From Candidatus Dormibacteria bacterium (GTDB lineage: Bacteria > Chloroflexota > Dormibacteria > Aeolococcales > Aeolococcaceae): 64,000 bases of DNA. The stretch spans positions 16,835-80,834 of the forward strand of contig JBOHUD010000100.1 in the NCBI GenBank assembly GCA_050734155.1, written 5' to 3'. Of the stretch, positions 61,772 to 64,000 are shown one piece after another (position 1 is the first letter of the stretch; each line of letters begins with the position of its first letter). The position numbers and the translations under genes were made by a program. The notes under the pieces were generated by a model. That model saw only the letters and a program-made list of their open reading frames with translations. It did not search any database and had not been told where the DNA came from.

Positions 61772-63531
61772 GCCGGCATCGCGACGACGTCCGGTCGTCG
61801 CGTGTGCGCGGCTGGTTCGTCGCCGACGCTCCCGACTTTCGTCATCGCGGCACCTGGCTGGCGCTGGCCTTCGCCGCCATGGCGGCCACGCTCTCGGTGC
61901 GGCTGGTCGACGTGCAGCTGCTCCAGCACGCCACCCTCGCCGCCAGGGCCGCTGCCCTGCACCAGAAGTCGGTGACCGTCACGGCCACGCGCGGGCGCAT
62001 CCTCGACAGCAGCGGCAGGGTGCTGGTCAGCAACCGCACCGTGTACGACGTCTACGCCGATCCCGGCCTGATCCCGGTGTCCACCCGCCTCGACGTGGCC
62101 CGCCGGCTGGCCCCGGTGCTGTCCATGGACACGACCGCGGTGGAGTCGCTGATCTCCAAGCCGACGCGCTTCGTCTACCTGGCCAAGTCAGTCTCGCAGC
62201 AGGTCAGTGACCAGCTCGCCGCACTCGGCCTCTCCGGCATCGTCGTCGAGCCCGCCCAGCAGCGCGTCTATGAACCGTCGCCGGTCACCGGCAACTCCTT
62301 TGCCGCCAACCTGCTCGGCTATGTCGACGGGGACGGCACCGGTCAGTACGGCCTCGAGGCGTACTACAACACGGTGCTGCGCGGCACCGACGGACACCAG
62401 TCGACGGTGCGCGATGTGACCGGAAACTCGATCACCCTGAGCAACGACCCTCAATCGCAGGCCCGCGATGGCCAGGACCTGCAGCTCGGCCTCGACTCGG
62501 AGGTGCAGTACTGGGCCGAGCAGGCGATCGCGCAGGGCGTGGCCAGGGCCCAGGCCGACTCGGGGACCCTGATCATGATGGACACCAAGACGGGGGCCAT
62601 CCGCGCCTGGGCCCAGGCACCCGCGTACAACGCCAACTCGTACTGGACCGCCCCGATCGCCGATTTCCGCGACCTGGCGGTGGCCAATGTCTACGAGCCC
62701 GGCTCGGTGCAGAAGGTGGTCACCTTCGCGGGCGGCCTCAACGCCCACGCCATCACCCCCGCGTACAGCTTCAAAGAGGGGCCGACGACGATCGATGGAG
62801 CCACCATTCAAGACTGGGATGGTCGCGCCCATGGCCTCATCACCATGCAGAAGGTGCTCGACGACTCGCTCAACAACGGCGCCATCAAGGTGGGGCAGCT
62901 GATGGGGGCGAACGCCTTCTACAGCAACATGCTGGCCTTCGGCATGGGCGCGCCCACCGGCGTCGATCTCGCCGGTGAGCAGAGCATCCCGCTGCAGCCG
63001 CAGAGCCAGTGGAGCGCTCTCGACCTGGCCGAGGCCGCCTTCGGGCAGCGCCTCCAGGTGACCCCGATCGAGGAGCTTGCCGCCATCAACGCGGTCGCCA
63101 ACGGGGGGGTGTGGGTGCAGCCCCACGCGGTGCAGGCCGTCATCGATCCCACCACGGGCAGGTCGGCGGTGGTGGCCCCGACGACGCGGCGGGTCATCTC
63201 CGCCGACGCCGCGGCCACCCTGGCGCAGATGATGACGGGCGTGGTCGAGGATCGTGGGGCTGAGGGTTCGATGGCCAAGATCCCCGCATTCAAGGGCGAG
63301 GTGGCCGGCAAGACGGGCACCGCCAGCGTGGCCACCAACGGCCACTACGGCAGCGATGTGGTCGTCTCCTTCGCCGGCTTCCTGCCCGCCAAGAACCCCA
63401 GGTTCACCATGCTGGTGGTGCTCAACTATCCGCACGAGAAGGGCATCGTCCGCTTCGGGGCGACGCTGGCGGCCCCGGTCTGGAAGCAGGTGGCGCAGGT
63501 GGCGATCGATCAGTGGCGGATCACCCCATGA
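61768..63531 (+). CDS. ftsI: class B penicillin-binding protein / peptidoglycan D,D-transpeptidase FtsI
   Basis: N-terminal TM, PBP dimerisation domain, SxxK (EPGSVQKVV), SxN (DSLNNG) and KTG (GKTGTA). Confidence 0.88.
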   Translation: MSRHRDDVRSSRVRGWFVADAPDFRHRGTWLALAFAAMAATLSVRLVDVQLLQHATLAARAAALHQKSVTVTATRGRILDSSGRVLVSNRTVYDVYADPGLIPVSTRLDVARRLAPVLSMDTTAVESLISKPTRFVYLAKSVSQQVSDQLAALGLSGIVVEPAQQRVYEPSPVTGNSFAANLLGYVDGDGTGQYGLEAYYNTVLRGTDGHQSTVRDVTGNSITLSNDPQSQARDGQDLQLGLDSEVQYWAEQAIAQGVARAQADSGTLIMMDTKTGAIRAWAQAPAYNANSYWTAPIADFRDLAVANVYEPGSVQKVVTFAGGLNAHAITPAYSFKEGPTTIDGATIQDWDGRAHGLITMQKVLDDSLNNGAIKVGQLMGANAFYSNMLAFGMGAPTGVDLAGEQSIPLQPQSQWSALDLAEAAFGQRLQVTPIEELAAINAVANGGVWVQPHAVQAVIDPTTGRSAVVAPTTRRVISADAAATLAQMMTGVVEDRGAEGSMAKIPAFKGEVAGKTGTASVATNGHYGSDVVVSFAGFLPAKNPRFTMLVVLNYPHEKGIVRFGATLAAPVWKQVAQVAIDQWRITP

Positions 63532-64000
63532 GACACGCGGCGGTGGTCGTCGTGCTCGCCTTCGGGGCCGGGCTGGCACTCTACCCGTGGCTCACCAGCC
63601 GGCTGGCGCGAAGCGGGGCGGGGCAGCGCGTGCAGTCCTTCAACCCGTCGTCGCACCTCGTCAAGATGGGCACGCCGACCATGGGCGGCGCTCTCTTCTG
63701 CGCCATCACCGTGGCCGCCTGGCTGATCTTCGACCGCACCCGCCTCGGCTTCGTGGTGGTGTTCGCGCTCTTTGCGGGAGCCCTGCTCGGGGTGCTCGAC
63801 GACCGCGAGAACATCCGCGGCCGGGGCGCGTTCGGCCTTGGTGTCCACAGGAAGATCGCCTTCCAGGCGTTGATCGGCCTGCTGGTCGGCATCGGCCTGG
63901 CTGTCGCGGGAGCGACCCGACAGTACTTTCCCGGCCTGGGGCTGCCCGACCTCCGCGGCCCCGGCATCATCGTGGCCAGCGTCCTTGCGGTGATCGCGGT
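63528..64000 (+). CDS. mraY: phospho-N-acetylmuramoyl-pentapeptide transferase (5' part; runs off the right edge)
   Basis: Not in the ORF track (open at the edge). Hand translation from the ATG at 63528 (ATGA overlap with ftsI) gives MRHAAVVVVLAFGAGLALYPWLTSRLARSGAGQRVQSFNPSSHLVKMGTPTMGGALF...GVLDDRENIRG. This shows the MraY K-x-GTPTMGG and DD motifs. Confidence 0.85.
   Translation, partial: MRHAAVVVVLAFGAGLALYPWLTSRLARSGAGQRVQSFNPSSHLVKMGTPTMGGALFCAITVAAWLIFDRTRLGFVVVFALFAGALLGVLDDRENIRGRGAFGLGVHRKIAFQALIGLLVGIGLAVAGATRQYFPGLGLPDLRGPGIIVASVLAVIA

Overview
Very GC-rich chromosomal segment; codon third positions are almost all G/C. About 60 protein genes are tightly packed, many with ATGA/GTGA start-stop overlaps, plus one RNA gene. 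All family calls come from reading motifs in the supplied translations and my own hand translations; no database search was run. Gene content suggests an Actinomycetota-like or other high-GC terrabacterial genome (inference): mraZ-rsmH-ftsL-ftsI-mraY, lhr with a divergent WYL regulator, korAB, a COG1579 Zn-ribbon gene with RNase HI, and a type-A RNase P RNA. Layout: 0-11 kb holds mixed housekeeping and stress genes (ArsR/SRPBCC pair, PHP hydrolase, beta-lactamase-like hydrolase, SthA-like flavoprotein, TetR, ATL-like protein, KimA-like K+ transporter). The most unusual part is 11.2-26.7 kb. It holds a processive GT2 glycan synthase, a divergent lipoprotein, an orphan HlyD-type adaptor, two back-to-back paralogous LuxR-type two-component systems, and an eight-gene TasA/SipW-type secreted-fibre locus. 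That locus has two archaeal-type signal peptidases and two proteins with sortase-like C-terminal anchors. An ~86-nt non-coding element (78% identical, ungapped) precedes both the regulator operon and the tasA-like gene. 27-35 kb holds msrB, an M20 amidohydrolase, a WYL regulator divergent from the ~1460-aa helicase Lhr, and hemolysin III. 36.4-38.1 kb is a visibly lower-GC islet of secreted and lipoproteins with a split ORF. 38-51 kb holds MBL hydrolases, GNAT, Nudix proteins, HtrA, a PLD-like protein, Lon, trpD and RNase HI. 51.2-58.9 kb is a tight minus-strand operon pntAA-pntAB-pntB-(GltD-like flavoprotein fused to a 2x[4Fe-4S] ferredoxin)-korA-korB. At 59-64 kb, rnpB is followed by a dcw cluster in which ftsI overlaps mraY directly, with no murE/murF. 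No tRNA, rRNA, CRISPR array, transposase or integrase was seen.
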